A stretch of 64,000 bases of DNA from Eledone cirrhosa (lineage: Eukaryota). Positions within the stretch are counted from its first letter, which is position 1, and the number at the start of each line of letters is the position of its first letter. This document shows, piece after piece, positions 1-15,300 of the stretch. The notes under the pieces are model-generated. The model had not been told where the DNA came from. It ran no database searches and saw only the letters and a program-made list of their open reading frames with translations. The DNA is taken from positions 227,354,001 to 227,418,000 of the forward strand of contig OZ024743.1 in the NCBI GenBank assembly GCA_964016885.1. Reading direction: 5' to 3'. A program made the position numbers and the translations under genes.

Positions 1-659
1 TATTCTTATGATTCCAATAGTTTTATATCAGATTCTATTGCAACTGCAGCCACAGCTGAAGTGCGTGAAACATTGTCGTTCGGAAGGGAAGCCCTCCATT
101 TTATACTACATCACTTTTGCTTTGCACTGGGATTTAGTCTGTTCTTTCTGCTTTTGTATAGTGTTCTGGAATATTGGATGGTGATTATATTTCATATATG
201 CTGCCTGGTTGAAATTATGTTTTAGTGCTGGACGGTGATTGTGACGAGTGAGAATGTATGGTATGTACACAATCGTGTTTGCAGTGGTTTACATTAATGA
301 CTTGCAGCAGTGTAGAATGTAAAATATTGGAGTTATTTGTGATACATTATCAGCTATCATTTATATCAAATTGCTCGTTATATTATTTTGTTGGGCGGTT
401 ATTGTATAAGGTATAATTTTATGCGGAGAGTGTGTATGTTTGAGCTTTGCTATTGAAATGAAACGTATTCCGGTTAGGATATGGATTGTACTAGTTCTCG
501 TATGTAAAACAAGGTAAGGCATTACATTGTTGATGGATATAAGCCTGTTGCTTATAACCTTAGCTGCACGTACATACCTGTTTCAAATTGATCGAGTGTG
601 ATTGTAATGAGTTATTGCTGCTTATTTACTGATGTGTTTATAACATCTGTTACGTTTAA

Positions 660-1300
660 AATGCAGGAAAATATCGAACAACGTTACACAATCAAATTTT
701 GAGTGAACCACAACAAATCTGCCACCGAAATATTTAATTATTTAACATGAGCTTCTGGAGATGTCATTCCATCAAGTTGAAAGATTTTTTATATTTTCAA
801 AGAAGCTCGGGAAAATTTTGAAGATGCACTTCATTCTGGATGGCTAATCTCGTCAACAAATGAAAAAAATGTGAAAGTGATGCGGGCGGTGATGTTGAAA
901 GATCGCCGATTAAGTGTTACGATGATTGCAGAAGAAACGAGCTTGGATAAAAAAAAATGTTGTTCATAGAATTTTAACAGAATATTTACACAAGTTAATA
1001 ATTTCTACAAAATTCGAGTCGGAACACAGTACTTTCAATTAGAGAATATTGGCGAAGAAAAATATTCCCATCACACTACAGCCAAGATCTAGTTCCATGT
1101 GATTCATAACGCTTCCCTAATTTGAAATAGAAATTGAAGAATCATCATAGTGTGACTGGAAAACATACAGAAAATTGTAACCAGCCAACTAAAGACACAC
1201 ACAGAAAATGACTTCCAATACTGCTAATATCAATGGCAAAAAAGTTGGAAACTGTGTGACTTCCCGAGGGCTGCATTTTGAAGGAAATAACGTTAATTTC
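660..1300 (+). pseudogene. Decayed mariner-type transposase remnant
   Basis: Translation from 661 gives MQENIEQRYTIKF*V...KSATE, the typical mariner N-terminal HTH start, followed by DRRLSVTMIAEE. Many stops and deletions; boundaries approximate. Confidence 0.6.
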
Positions 1301-2416
1301 ATGTACGTCTAAAATAAATTTAATTAAAACATCAGTACTCTTACCAGCCCAGGTTTTACTTCCCGCCAGTCCGAAAAGTGCGAACTGTCCATGTATCGGC
1401 CACTCTATCATATACTTGTGGCTGACTCTGTAGCAGTGGAGAGGTCCGACGTTTTTGGATATCGGACCACATCCCTACTCACTGCTATCGGAGCAGAGGT
1501 GACTGCCCGCAGGAGCAAGCCCTGTGCGGTCGAGTGGCTCTTCCAGCATGTCTCCCTCTCCGGTATCTGGGGCAATGTTTGCTCCATCCTGTCGGCCGGG
1601 ACCAAGAGGTGGACGACATATTAGGGTAGATTATTCTATCATGTGAGACACCTTTAAGGCCATATAGTTATTTGAAACCTATCAGCATTATCTTTATGAA
1701 AAGTTTTATTTTCTTAGTATAGCTAATCTTATATTTTACAGTGTGCAATGTTATGAGTTCTGGTATAGCTTCTATGTTTTTGTTCAAACTTTTTTATCTA
1801 ATTTCATTTTGCCCTGTGGTATTCTTCTTTGTGTCTGTCATGATTCAATCTTTGATAGTCAGGAGAGGTATTTTTATTGTTGTCGGTACTATGGTCAGTT
1901 ATATTCTTGAGATGTTGCTAAGAACTTTCGTCGGTCCATAGAAAGATATTTTACTGTTTGCAATTCTTGAATATTTCCACCTGTCATTTTTTAGGATTCT
2001 CTATTCATAAATTTTCTCCACATTCCCTTTAATTATAGGTTTTTTTTTGCATCGTACTGGTTCGCTTTTTCTTGATCAGTATTCTGTAGGTGTCCTAGGT
2101 TGTGGATTAGTCGTGTTTTGCTATTTACTTTATTCGTTTTACATGTCAGTTCTACATTTGTGATTTACGTTCATAACACTTTTTTCTTGAAATATATTTT
2201 TGTGTTCGCTCCTTGTCATTTCGTGAGTTATACTCTCTATAGAATGTACTATTTCATTTCATGCAATTATTATTGTTATTATTATCAATATAACATCATC
2301 ACTCATCAAAATCTGGGTTTCAGAATTTACTCGCTCATCATTCCCAACAATGCTTCGTAGGCTTTCATCCGTTAACTCTTATAGAAGAGATGCATATATA
2401 TATATATATATATATA

Positions 2417-2865
<449 letters not shown>

Positions 2866-2882
2866 AAAAACAATAATAAATA

Positions 2883-4179
2883 CAGGGTGGGGCATAAAAA
2901 CTGTTACAAAATAAAATGCAAATAGTTCTTGAAAAAAATATTTATTTCAAGATCTGACTTCAACAAATAGTAAGTAATATACTATTAAACAACTGCACAA
3001 CAATTTATTTGAAATGCTTTCCTCTAACTCTCACCACCGCTGGAAGAGTTCTAGGAAAGTCTTCGATGACTGCACGAACAGTTTCTATGGGTATTTTCTC
3101 CCATACTTTATTCAGTTTTGATTTTAGAGTTTCAATATTTTGGCTAGGAGTAGAGCAGGTTTCACTCTCAAAAATTGACCATAAAGAAAAATCGAGAGGG
3201 TTGAGATCTGGTGATGTGGGAGGCCACTCTTCCTTACTGAACCATGCAGGTCTCTACACCACTGTTGTGTTATGCAAGCAGTGTGGCTCGTCGCTCCATC
3301 TTGTTGGAGAGTCCAAATGTCATCACCATAAACAGATATGCACCATGGCATCAGTGCTCCTTCCAAAATATCCTTTATGTAAAGTTCTTTGTTAATTTTA
3401 ACTCCTTGAGGCACAAAAATCAGAGGAGACTTACCTCTTTCAGAAATGGCTGCCCAACTCATCACTGATGCTGGTTTCTGTGTTCTGAACACTTTTCCTA
3501 CACTTGAAGGAATTGATTTGAGACTTTTTGCAAGTACTCGATCATTTTGATGATTGTGAGACTGCTGCACAGTGAATAACTTCTCATCTGTAAAGATGAT
3601 GTTTTGCAGCGTGCCATCCTTGATACAGTTCAATAACAGTTTACTTCTGGAGAGCCTCTTTTCAATTGTGGCTGCAGAAAGAAGCTCCCTCTTTTGGCAC
3701 TTATAGGGTGACATCCCCAGATCATTTCGACATATCCTCCGCATAGTTCTCGGCGATGTTTCTGCTTCTTCTGCCATTTTTCTCATGGACTTTCTTGGAT
3801 TACGCCTTATTTTTTCCCTCACACTTTTAACGAGTTTTGGTGTTCTTGTGGTGCGAGGGCGTCTGGATCGAGGTCTGTCTTTGATCGAGGAAGTTTCCTT
3901 AAATCGATCGATTGTCCTTTTGATCAACATTCTATTGATCTTAAGAATTTTCCCCAGTTTAAATATCTTGGGTGGAGTCAGGCCTTTTTCATGCTTCGCT
4001 ATTATGAACTTTCTTTTCAATTCTATGGACATTGTAAATTGTTAATGGAGTAATGTTCTGAAAAATAGTTAATATGGTTATAGTGCATGGATTTGATACA
4101 AATATATTAGTTATATTAGCGACATAATGTATTTTTAAATTGATTTAAAACTTTGTAACAGGAATTATGCCCCACCCTG
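2883..4179 (-). mobile_element. Tc1/mariner DNA transposon (DDxD, maT/DD37D-like), full length
   Basis: TA at 2881-2882 and 4180-4181. 28-bp TIRs: CAGGGTGGGGCATAAAAACTGTTACAAA vs CAGGGTGGGGCATAATTCCTGTTACAAA (3 mismatches). Confidence 0.95.
3005..4032 (-). pseudogene. Transposase with one frameshift near 3243
   Basis: ORF 4032-3124 has an HTH region, IIFTDEK and QQDGATSH. A shifted frame continues FSKEEWPPTSPDLNPLDFSLW...GKHFK*. The third catalytic residue is D. Confidence 0.9.
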
Positions 4180-4280
4180 TACATGTACTTAATACGAACC
4201 ACTTTGGGGAATGAGGCGCGAGTAAATCCTAAAATCCAGATTTCGATCACTGGTAAAATTATATATATATATTATATCAG

Positions 4281-4480
4281 AGGAAAAGAGTCAAGACCCC
4301 GATGGCTGAGCTTCCGCCGTTTCTACAGTTAGATCCGAACGTTCGGTTCTAGCTGTCGAAACGGCCGGAGCTTAGCCGTCGGGGTCCTGACTCTTTTCCT
4401 ATTACCCACTCTACTACCCTAAGTATCGAGTACTCTGGTGCATTATGGTCCACCTGGTATCTTTTCACACCTTCTTTGTT
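4281..4480 (+). mobile_element. PLE-type 3' fragment (family E) with a 120-bp fold-back of the HHR 3' half
   Basis: Imperfect palindrome 4281-4400 containing GTCGAAACGGC...AGCCGTC-GGGGTC. The tail CACTCTACTACCCTAAGTATCGAGTACTCTGGTGC is shared with ~30672-30745 and ~41737-41808. Confidence 0.75.
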
Positions 4481-4510
4481 ATTATAATATATGTGTGTAT
4501 ATATATATAT

Positions 4511-4548
<38 letters not shown>

Positions 4549-4564
4549 TAATAAAAACAATGAA

Positions 4565-4636
<72 letters not shown>

Positions 4637-4814
4637 TAAAAACAATGAATAAAAACAATGAAACAGTTCCTTATATTAAAAAATTCAGCATTTTACGATC
4701 GTTTCTAGGATATATGTGTGTGTTGTATGTAAATCATATAGATCTATGTAGACATTTTACAAACTATCAGAGGGAATATACATACCTACACATATATATG
4801 CTGTCTTCAGAAGT

Positions 4815-4991
4815 AATTGTTTCTACTTTTGGCACAAGGTCAGCAAATACCCAGTGCATTACTGGTATTTTATTTTATTGACCCCGTAAGGATGAAAGGC
4901 AAAGTCAATCTCGGCGGGATTTGAACTCAGATCTTTAAGGGACGTAACTATGCTGGAAAGCATGGCATCCGACCCTCTACCGATACTGCCA
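4815..4991 (-). mobile_element. tRNA-derived SINE
   Basis: Minus strand: A-box TGGCAGTATCGG, B-box GAGTTCAAATCC, central GCCTTTCATCCTTACGGGGTCAATAAAATAAAATACCAG (resembles the MetaSINE domain, from memory). Five or more copies in the window. Confidence 0.85.
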
Positions 4992-5441
4992 TGATATTTG
5001 TTTATTGAAAAAGGCAACAAAGATTTAATATAATATGTCTGTTTGGGAACAGGTTTCGAATTGACCAATAGAAAAGTAGTAAGTGGTCAAGTTGATAGAA
5101 TAGTAGAAGTAGAAATTTAATTTAGGGGTAGAGGAATGCAGACTTCAGTTATGTTGACTCTGTTTTCCTGTGATTTTCATCGAAAAAATGTTGAATACAA
5201 CTTCTCTTTTCATGATATTTGGATTACATTGAATTCTTCATACGGATTGGAAACTACCGTATATTTTGGTAGATTTATCTACATATATATATATTTTGAG
5301 TATATGTTGGTTGTATACCAACACGTCAATATGCAGGCTGGAGAACTCGACGTAGTGCGCAGGTTGGTTTGGTTACTCCGGAGTAATGTAAAATAAAGTA
5401 AAATAAATAAATCAAATGTTTAAAATTTAGCTTCGTTTATT

Positions 5442-5496
5442 ACTGCTATATATATTTCGGTGACAGCCATCTTTGGCTGTGACCTCTTCAGGCAGT
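5442..5496 (-). ncRNA. Minimal type-I hammerhead ribozyme
   Basis: Reverse complement identical to 6504-6558. Confidence 0.85.
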
Positions 5497-6503
5497 CCGA
5501 ATTAGTGTGGTATAGACAAGTACATATGTTGTTGAGGTGTATAATTTTGTCAATACTTTGATATGCCCAGTTCCTGGTTGGGTTGTTATTTCACTGTGGA
5601 ACTGGAGTCATATGAATTCAAACAAACGAATTTCAGTGTCAAAGGGCCTCTTCTCCTCTCATTGGTCAGTTGTTAGAACATTCCTCATTCAAAAGTCTAT
5701 AGAAATTCGTTCTGAGGCAAGCCAATCTGTAGTTGTTGTTCTTGTTATTGTTAGGTACATCTGACCTCAATTCTTGTGTTGGTAGTGTTGTTATTGTTGG
5801 AGTTAGCTTTAAAAATTGATAAAGTGGTAGAAGGAACAAGGTGGTAAAGGAACAAAATAACAAAAAAATGTCAAACTTCCCATTGGTCAGTTTTGAGAGC
5901 ATTCCTCAGTCAGAAGTCTATAGAAATTCTTTCTGGGGTGAGGCTCCCTGTAGTGTTTGTGTTTGCTATTGTTAAGTACATTTGACCTCTACCCTTAATT
6001 CGGTAGTGTTGTTGGTGTTGTGGTCAGCTTATGTCTTGCTGCTGCTGACAATTTAGAAGTATCTGTGTGTGTTTTTTCATCCCTCCTGCCACCATCTTCC
6101 GTGGTGGTAGTGCGGGGGGGGGGGGGACATGTATATGAAGAAATATAAGGCAATAAATGAAGAAAACAGAAAATAAATAATAAATAGAGAACAAAGAATA
6201 AATGAAAAATTGGTGAAAAAGTAATGAAAATGAATATGGAGAAGTGAAAAATAAAATGAAGATTCTAATAAAGTAAAATAAAGTGTGTGTGTGCTATAAC
6301 CAATCTGAAGGTCAGAAATATGTTGGATAGATTGGTATGAGGAACAAGATGTTCAAATAATAAAAGAATAAGATAATCAAACAAAATGTGTTTGTGTTAT
6401 AATCAATCTCAACTTAAAAATAAATATAGGGTGATACAGTGAAGTATTGACAAAATTGTACACCTCAACAACATATGTACTTGTCTATACCATACTAATT
6501 CAA

Positions 6504-6558
6504 ACTGCCTGAAGAGGTCACAGCCAAAGATGGCTGTCACCGAAATATATATAGCAGT
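6504..6558 (+). ncRNA. Minimal type-I hammerhead ribozyme, intact core
   Basis: ACTGC-CTGAAGA-GGTCACAGCC AAAGAT GGCTGTCACC-GAAA-TATATA-TA-GCAGT, followed immediately by AATAAA (6559-6564). Confidence 0.9.
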
Positions 6559-6619
6559 AATAAACGAAGCTAAATTTTAAACATTTGACTTATTTATTTT
6601 AATTTATTTTAATTTATTT

Positions 6620-6677
<58 letters not shown>

Positions 6678-6844
6678 AAATAAATTAAAATAAATTAAAA
6701 TAAATAAGTCAAATGTTTAAAATATCTTTATGATATATTGTTTTTGTTTATGCCACGAAACTACGTAGTCGAGGAATTTAGGAGCAGTTTAGGTATGATA
6801 CATTTTATTACTAATTATATCTAAATGTTTCTTCTCTCTTCATA

Positions 6845-6883
<39 letters not shown>

Positions 6884-6888
<5 letters not shown>

Positions 6889-7122
6889 ATACTTTGGGAG
6901 GGTCATGTTGCCAATAAGAAACACACGCACCAGTTGCTTTCACTTCAATTTATTATATATTTATAAATTTATAAATTTACAAATCTACAAACTTATAAAT
7001 TTCTGGTTGGTTGGTTGGTTCCACAACCAGATAGTTGTTTATACATAGTCATAGTCCCTTCGTCAGAAATTTATAAGTTTGTAGATTTGTAAATTTATAA
7101 ATTTATAAATATATAATAAATT
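6884..7122 (-). mobile_element. PLE 3'-tail fragment with an internal 59-bp perfect inverted repeat
   Basis: TATACTTTGGGAGGGTCATGTTGCCAATAAGAAACACACGCACCAG is shared with 15071, 18045-18098(rc), 28615 and 30262-30320(rc). 6946-7004 is the reverse complement of 7064-7122. The spacer contains rc CTGACGAAGGGAC. Confidence 0.75.
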
Positions 7123-7482
7123 GGTGCGGATGCATTCATGTATATATGTGTGTGTCCGCATGTATCTGTGTGTTTCTAAATATATTATATATATAAGTAT
7201 GTATACGTACATACATATATGGATACAGACGTACAGTAGTATGTATATATATATATACATACATACACACATATATATATATATGTACGTATGGATTCAC
7301 CGAACATTTATAACAATGCTCGGTGTGTTTGTAAACAAACATCCTGTATTAAGCCGTAGTGTCTAGCAACCATCGTTGCCCGGTTGTTCGTTTCAATATA
7401 TATAAATTATTGTCATTTTGCAAAAAAAAACAAAAAACAGTAGTGTTGATCATATATTTTTTAATTTTTAATTTCTAAATTG

Positions 7483-7535
<53 letters not shown>

Positions 7536-7566
7536 AACGTTAGTGTTTGCCGGTTGAGCCCCCGCA

Positions 7567-7680
7567 GTTTCAACAGTGAATGGATAACTGAATTTTTGTT
7601 TTCAGCTATGACCAAGTGTTGTGCTTGGACATACCTGAAAACAAAAAATATAATTCAGTTATCCACTCGACATTGAAACA
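7567..7680. repeat. Imperfect ~115-bp hairpin next to (TA)n
   Basis: GTTTCAA..TGGATAACTGAATT..TTGTTTTCAG.TATG.CCAAG / CTTGG.CATA.CTGAAAACAA..AATTCAGTTATCCA..TTGAAAC. Confidence 0.75.
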
Positions 7681-7865
7681 AATTCAGTTCCGCCGCCGAC
7701 GACTAACCTTTAACTCTAACACCCTGTTTCTCTCTCATCGTTTCTCTTTCGCTTTCTCTCTCCCCCTCTTTCTCATTAGATATACTGGTACTTGAAACAT
7801 CAGTGTATATATATATATATATATGCTGAATATATAAATATATATATATATATACTGAATATATA

Positions 7866-7897
<32 letters not shown>

Positions 7898-8060
7898 AGG
7901 GGGGGGGGATAAATAGATAGATAGATAGATAGACAGATATAGATATATAGATATATATACATATTTGAATGTGAAGATAGCATTGTGAGTGAGAGCTATC
8001 AAACCATGCCAGCATAGAATAAGCATTCAAACATATAAAATCAAACGCATCTACTGTCTA

Positions 8061-8828
<768 letters not shown>

Positions 8829-9374
8829 AACTACATATATACATGTTCGTGTTCATAGATTCCTGCAAATCCTACTTTGTTAGCGAAGTTGAAAAATTAG
8901 ATTTGTAAAATTGCTCCACATTCTTTGACATTTAAAATACGCATTATTAATTTAGAAATAGTATAAGAACGATGGTGATGGTGGGGAATAATAACTTTAT
9001 AAATAAAATTATTATTTAGAGAGACAGATGAAAACGTAAAATAACATGTATATGTCAAATTATAAAATCTAACATAGAATTGAATGTAACAAATATAAAC
9101 ACAAGAGAAAATGAATCAATAAGATTTTCAGAATTTAATATATTTTGCTTTAGTCATAAACATTTCTGTGTTAGATCGGTGAAAGATCATCTATATGGTA
9201 TTGCTTTGAATCTTGGAACTAGAAATCTAATTTGTTAGTTCTGATAGAATTTGTTCTCACCTACATGCGTTGCTTAGTAGTTAAGGGTATGCGACAAAAC
9301 ATCAAACGGTTATGAGACCGATTGCCGACAGCGAAACTGTGTCTTTGAGAGAGACACTTTATTTCACCTTGATT

Positions 9375-9950
9375 CTTCTTCTTCTTCTTCTTCTTCTTCT
9401 TCTTCTTCTTCTTCTTCTTCTTCTTCTTCTTCTTCTTCGCCCACATATTTTTGAGAGTGTCGTGGGAGCAGAGCCCTCAAACACTCCTTCCAGCGGTTCG
9501 TGTCACAAGCAACCGCCTCCAACAGATCCGGCTGGATCCCCAAGCGTGACCAGCCAAGCTCATGGATGTTATCACCCATGGGTCTCTTGCCGGTTCGTTT
9601 TGACCGTAAAATCTGTCCAGTGATTCTTTCCTGAGACATTCTAACCACATGTCCATATTATAGGAGATCTGATCTCTCAATTCAGAGAAGTAGCGATTCT
9701 ACCTTGAGTAACTCTCTGATCTCCGAGCTACGCACTTTATCGAGTAACGTTACTGCAAAGACCCTTCGGAGGATTCCCATTTCGGCCGCTTATATTCGTG
9801 ATGGTATTCTTTCGGTCATTACCCAAGATTCATAAACATAGGTAAAGGTTGGCACGAAAACCGAATTGAGTTTGGCTTTTATGTCTATGCCTCCCTTTTT
9901 CTGATTACTGAGAGCTGAACCTGGCGCAATATTGCAACAGCTTTTGCAAT
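9375..9950 (-). mobile_element. RTE-group LINE 3' remnant with (GAA)n tail
   Basis: Minus-strand translation AAEMGILRRVFAVTLLDKVRSSEIRELL...YGHVVRMSQERIT...GKRP is a typical RTE C-terminus; (CTT)n at 9375-9438. Confidence 0.75.
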
Positions 9951-10297
9951 GTTTTTTTTTACTCACTTCTCCATTGACAAAAATGAGTTGTGCCTGTGAT
10001 TCCGAAAGAGCAGCATTGTTATAGAATGTGACACACTGGATCTACCACAGAACTATGTAAACATTGCAGACGTCTGTGGGATGCTCAGACACATGCATAT
10101 TAATTTCACGACCTGTCTGTTCGTTATTTGAACACTCATATTGAAACAGACGTTGATTCAAACATATATATAAGCAAACATGTATAGTAAACTAATACTG
10201 CAACAATATATACACCCTGTATATATATATAGTTTCAGAAGATCCCGTTAAGGGTGAAAGCAGCGATTCTTTGCTTAAACTTTAATCTGTTATTTTA

Positions 10298-10362
<65 letters not shown>

Positions 10363-10365
<3 letters not shown>

Positions 10366-11285
10366 TGGCGTAGCTAGGGTAAACGGCGCCCTGGGCAAGC
10401 ATCAACATTTCTGGCAGAGGTCGAAGCCCATTTCAAGAGACTTGTGGATTAAGGATGTTCCTTCTTCTTTAAAATAAAGTTGAAGGACTCCTATATCAGC
10501 TGCAGCATCGTGAAAATTCATTCTTGGATCTTGAAGTCTCTTTTGAACTCGGTTAATTCGTGAGAGAATTGTGTTCCAGAATCTAATCAAGTTCAGGAAT
10601 TCATAACTCAGTATCCGATTATGGAGATTACTGGCATCACTTCTACTCTCGCATGTCTCTGTTTCATCATCACTAATTTTTTCGAGAACTTGAATAATCA
10701 GCGTCAAATAATTCGCCCCCGGTCTGACTGCGGTACATCTAGCACCCCACCGCGTATCGGAAGGATATTTAAAAACCACTGGAGCAACTTCTTTAAGGGC
10801 TTCCCATCGTCGTGTTGAACGAGAAAAGAAGTTTTATAACGAGTCAATGCAACTGAAAAAGTTCATCATAGCAGAATGGTTTTTGGCTGCATGAAGACCA
10901 GCCAGATTAAGTAAATGGTTATCGCAATTAACGAAGTGAATCAAATTATTCTTCTCTCTCATTCTCTGCTGAACCCCACTGCGGTACCCAGCCATTATGG
11001 CAGCATTGTCGTAGCACTGTGATCGACAGTTCTGCAGTGGTAGGTCATCTTTTTCTAGCTATTTCACGATTGTTTCAACAAGGCTCGCGGCATCTTTTTT
11101 GATTACTTGAATGAATCCAAGAAAAGATTCCCTCACAACGACTGTCTTCATATTGAAATCAACATCGACATATCGCACAACTTTTGACAGGTGTTCTCGG
11201 TGCGCCTGGTCAGGGGTCGAATCAATCAGCAGACCATAGTGTCTTGCTTCTTGGATACGATTTAGTAAATTCTGACGAACTGTAT
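10363..11285 (-). pseudogene. hAT transposase remnant with a CAG-type terminal sequence
   Basis: Minus strand: LLIDSTPDQAHREHLSKVVRYVD, CRSQCYDNAAIMAG, CDNHLLNL, PSDTRW. CAGTGGCGTAGCTAG at 10363 resembles a hAT TIR; no partner TIR seen. Confidence 0.85.
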
Positions 11286-11609
11286 TATAGAAGAAAACAT
11301 TGAATCATCTAAATGGAGTCAAATTTAATTCCTAATAGAAACTATCCGATCCTATCTGGCCATTTGGATTATGATACCTTTTCTATACGTCTTATGTACC
11401 TGTTGTAAAAGACAAACTACTCTGTTTTGTAAACCAGCTTCATAATTATAATTATCTTGTATTGGTAATTGCACGTCCTAAACTACGTCCCTTCAGTCAG
11501 TGTGTGGCGGGGGGGGGGGGTCAAGTGAGGTATCCGCTGTTTTGCAATGTATAGCTAAAAATAGCGCCCGCATAATTGCAACCCACCCTGCTGTCACCCT
11601 GCTGTCAAC

Positions 11610-11680
11610 ACTGACTAAGGAACGATGAACTAGTTTCTAGCCTGTTAGGTGTCATCAGCATCGTATACCATCCTGTCAGT
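11610..11680 (-). ncRNA. Type-I hammerhead with extended, bulged stem I
   Basis: rc: ACTGAC AGGA tggtat ACGATG-CTGATGA-caCCTaacAGGcta-GAAA-CTAG-TT-CATCGT TCCT ta GTCAGT. The base of stem II is degenerate. Confidence 0.75.
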
Positions 11681-11839
11681 CGATTGAACGTTTGAAAGTA
11701 TATACTTTCCTTATGCATATTAACGGCTGAGCAGCCTAATTTGCATATCGAGTGAGTTAGTCGGCCGGGTGTACCGAAAACGATAAATGGAAAAAATGAA
11801 ATGTCATTTCTCACTCTTAGTACGGCTGATACTTAAATA

Positions 11840-12133
11840 TAAGTATGTATACGTACATAGATATATGTATACAGACGTACACTAGTATGTATATACATAC
11901 ATACATGCACACATATATATATATATGTACGTATGGGTTTACTGTTTACAAACAAACCGAGCATTATAATAAATGCAGAAGAACTGAGAAACCGGTAAAG
12001 GAGCCAAATAAATATATATTTAAAAAAAAAAGGACTCCAGTTGCATTTTCGATTTCATCTTTTTTCCTTATACTTTCACTCGTGTAGGACACCTCGGTTA
12101 TTTTTCATTTTGTAAAAAAACCTCACTTTCTAA
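11840..12133 (+). mobile_element. Non-coding (TA)n-associated repeat family
   Basis: Related segments at ~7192-7445 and 36003-36122 (GACTCCAGTTGCATTTTCGATTTCATC...GTAGGACACCTCGGTTATTTTTCATTTTG). Confidence 0.65.
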
Positions 12134-12136
12134 TAC

Positions 12137-12241
<105 letters not shown>

Positions 12242-12246
12242 TATTT

Positions 12247-12389
12247 CTGCAAATTCTGTCTACCCATTCCTCACACATGACGCTTGTCAACCAGAGGATC
12301 TAGGTAAAGACATTTGCCCTAGGAAGCACGCAGCGAGACTGAACCCATAACCGCATGGTGGCAAAAAGAAATTCTTAGACGCACAGCCT
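12247..12389 (-). mobile_element. Decayed octopus-type tRNA SINE
   Basis: rc GGCTGTGCGTCTAAG...GGGTTCAGTCTCGCTGCGTG...GGGCAAATGTCTT...GGTAGACAGAA. Weaker copies at ~46375-46500 and ~60080-60180. Confidence 0.6.
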
Positions 12390-12726
12390 TAAAAGTATAT
12401 CTTTGTCTTTCGTGTTTGTGTTTTTTTTTTGTTTTTTTAGTCATTGGCCCAAGAAAAACCTACCCATCCTGGGTTGAGGCATTACACAAATAAATTGAAA
12501 TAAAAACGAAAAGAAACAAAACACCAAAACAAACCTTGGAACAACACAATTACATCAGATCGAAAACCCAGTTTGAAGTTATTGACAGCCGTCAATGTGC
12601 TTCGTAGTCTTCCAGCGAATCTATAGCAGAAATCATTTCTCTTTCTCTGTTCTCCCCCCCCCCTCCCCATTTACTCCTTTTTTCTCACTCTCTGTGTATG
12701 TATGTATGTGTGTGAATATATATATA

Positions 12727-12864
<138 letters not shown>

Positions 12865-13482
12865 TATATACATATTCACAGACATATATATATACACACA
12901 CTGGCACACACACACACATATATATATATATACACACACATATATATGTATATATACACATATATATTATATATATATATGTGTGTGCGTGAGTGTGTAT
13001 ATATATATATGTACATATATATGCATACATATGTATCTACATATATGAGCACGCATGTATGTATATATTCAAAAACAGCCAATTGTTTAGTTGTCTGTTA
13101 TTTTTCTTGAAAAGTTCGTAAAGGTCACGTGTTAGTGGCCCTCCCCGTACAGATATTCTTTTACAATTTACTTTTGCTTCATTACTTTCCAGACTTTTGT
13201 TTGTTTGTTTTTTAATTTATTTATATCTTTTCCTGCATTTGCTTGTTTGCTTGTTCATTTTATTTACTTGTCTCTGATCACTTAATTTCGTTCTATTTTT
13301 CTTTCTCTTTTCCCTACATTCTTTCTATGTCTTGCTTATATCTATCGACATTTTGCTTTCATTTTTCAACATTTTTTCTGTTCGCTTGTTATTTATTCAT
13401 TTTGTGTACTCTCTTTTTTCTTTCTATATATTTACACACACACACACACACACCCACCCACACACACACATACATACATAAG

Positions 13483-13534
<52 letters not shown>

Positions 13535-13547
13535 TATGTATATATTT

Positions 13548-13601
<54 letters not shown>

Positions 13602-13686
13602 ATACTATATGTATGTTTACATATATATACAATCTTTTATACATATATGTATATCATATACATACATACATGCACCCCCCCCCCTC

Positions 13687-13733
<47 letters not shown>

Positions 13734-14179
13734 GTATATATATATATATATATATATTATATATTATATATTATATATTTACATACATATATCTAAATAT
13801 ATATATAATGTGTGTGTATGTCTGTGTGTGTGTGTGTGTAAAGAAAGCTAGATAGGTAGATAGATGTATAATTGTAGTATAAATAAATGTATATTCTGTA
13901 TGCATTGTTGTCATTGTTGTTGTTATAGTTATTCTTCATGCTTCTTCTCATACTGTAATTGTTATTGGTTTTGTTGCAGTTTTAACTGTTGTAGTTGATC
14001 ATCATGTTGTTGTTATTGTTGTCGTTATTGTACGGAAAGCTTCTTCGCACAGATCAGTTTTTATGTATCTTTTTGTGCATATATATGTGTGTGTGTGTGT
14101 GTGTATGCGCATGTGTGTGTTTGTGTGTGCGCGCGTGTGTGTGTGTGTGTGTGTGTGCGCGTGTGTGTGTGTGTGTGTG

Positions 14180-14254
<75 letters not shown>

Positions 14255-14577
14255 GCGTATGAATGTGTACGTGTCTGTTGCTTATTTTCTGTGAATTTAT
14301 CAATAAAATTGACTGAAATGACAGTCTCAATATTGAACATGATGTTTCTCGTTTATCAAAATCGAAGAAAAACAGGGAAGAAAGGAGGAAAAGGCAATAA
14401 AAAGAAATTGAGTAAGCAATAGTGTGAGAGAGTGAAAATGTAGAGAGACAATGAAAGACGTTAGAAAATAATATATGTTATACTGAGTAAAATATGAACA
14501 GAGAACGTAGTACGAAGAGTGAGGTGTGTTAAGAAAGTGAAGTGAGTTTAGCCTAATACGAAAGAAATGACACACGC

Positions 14578-14613
<36 letters not shown>

Positions 14614-14614
14614 T

Positions 14615-14717
<103 letters not shown>

Positions 14718-14962
14718 GCACACATATATATATGTATATACATACATCGATGTGTTAATTGTTAGTGTTTAGTACCGTGATCCTTGACAGACTCAATTCA
14801 ACGGAATGTCCGGAGACATGCTGAGAACTTTGAAACTCTTCATTCACTTGCTGTCCAAAATTTCATTTTTTCAGTTTTATCACCCCCCTATCGTTAATCC
14901 ATCATCCCTCTTCCCCATCTCACCTCATCTCTCTATCTCTCTCCCTCCCTCTCTCCCTCTCA

Positions 14963-15055
<93 letters not shown>

Positions 15056-15300
15056 CATATATATATATATATTGTTATGCTTTGGGAGTGTCATGTTGCC
15101 AATAAGAAACACACGCACCAGTTGCTTTCACTCCAATTTATAATAAATTAAATTTATAAATGTTTGGTTGGTTGGTTGGTTCCTTACACACACACACACA
15201 GACATACACACACATTATATATATGCATGTATGATATATGTATGTAAATATATAATCTTGCTAAACAAATTCAGAAACGAAATATATATATATATATATA

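Larger units (their letters stand above)
5387..6625. mobile_element. Non-coding PLE-derived element with ~175-bp inverted HHR-bearing ends
   Basis: 5387-5558 is the reverse complement of ~6442-6625; the right end runs into (TA)n. Internal diverged tandem repeat ~5650-5800 vs ~5880-6020. Confidence 0.8.

Noticed and set aside
300-560. Possible PLE RT remnant on the minus strand (LYPS, NTFHFNSK words)
   Set aside because: Only two short motifs among many stops; needs tBLASTn.
1350-1620. GC-rich patch with overlapping short ORFs
   Set aside because: Probably a retroelement fragment; no diagnostic motif and no splice evidence.
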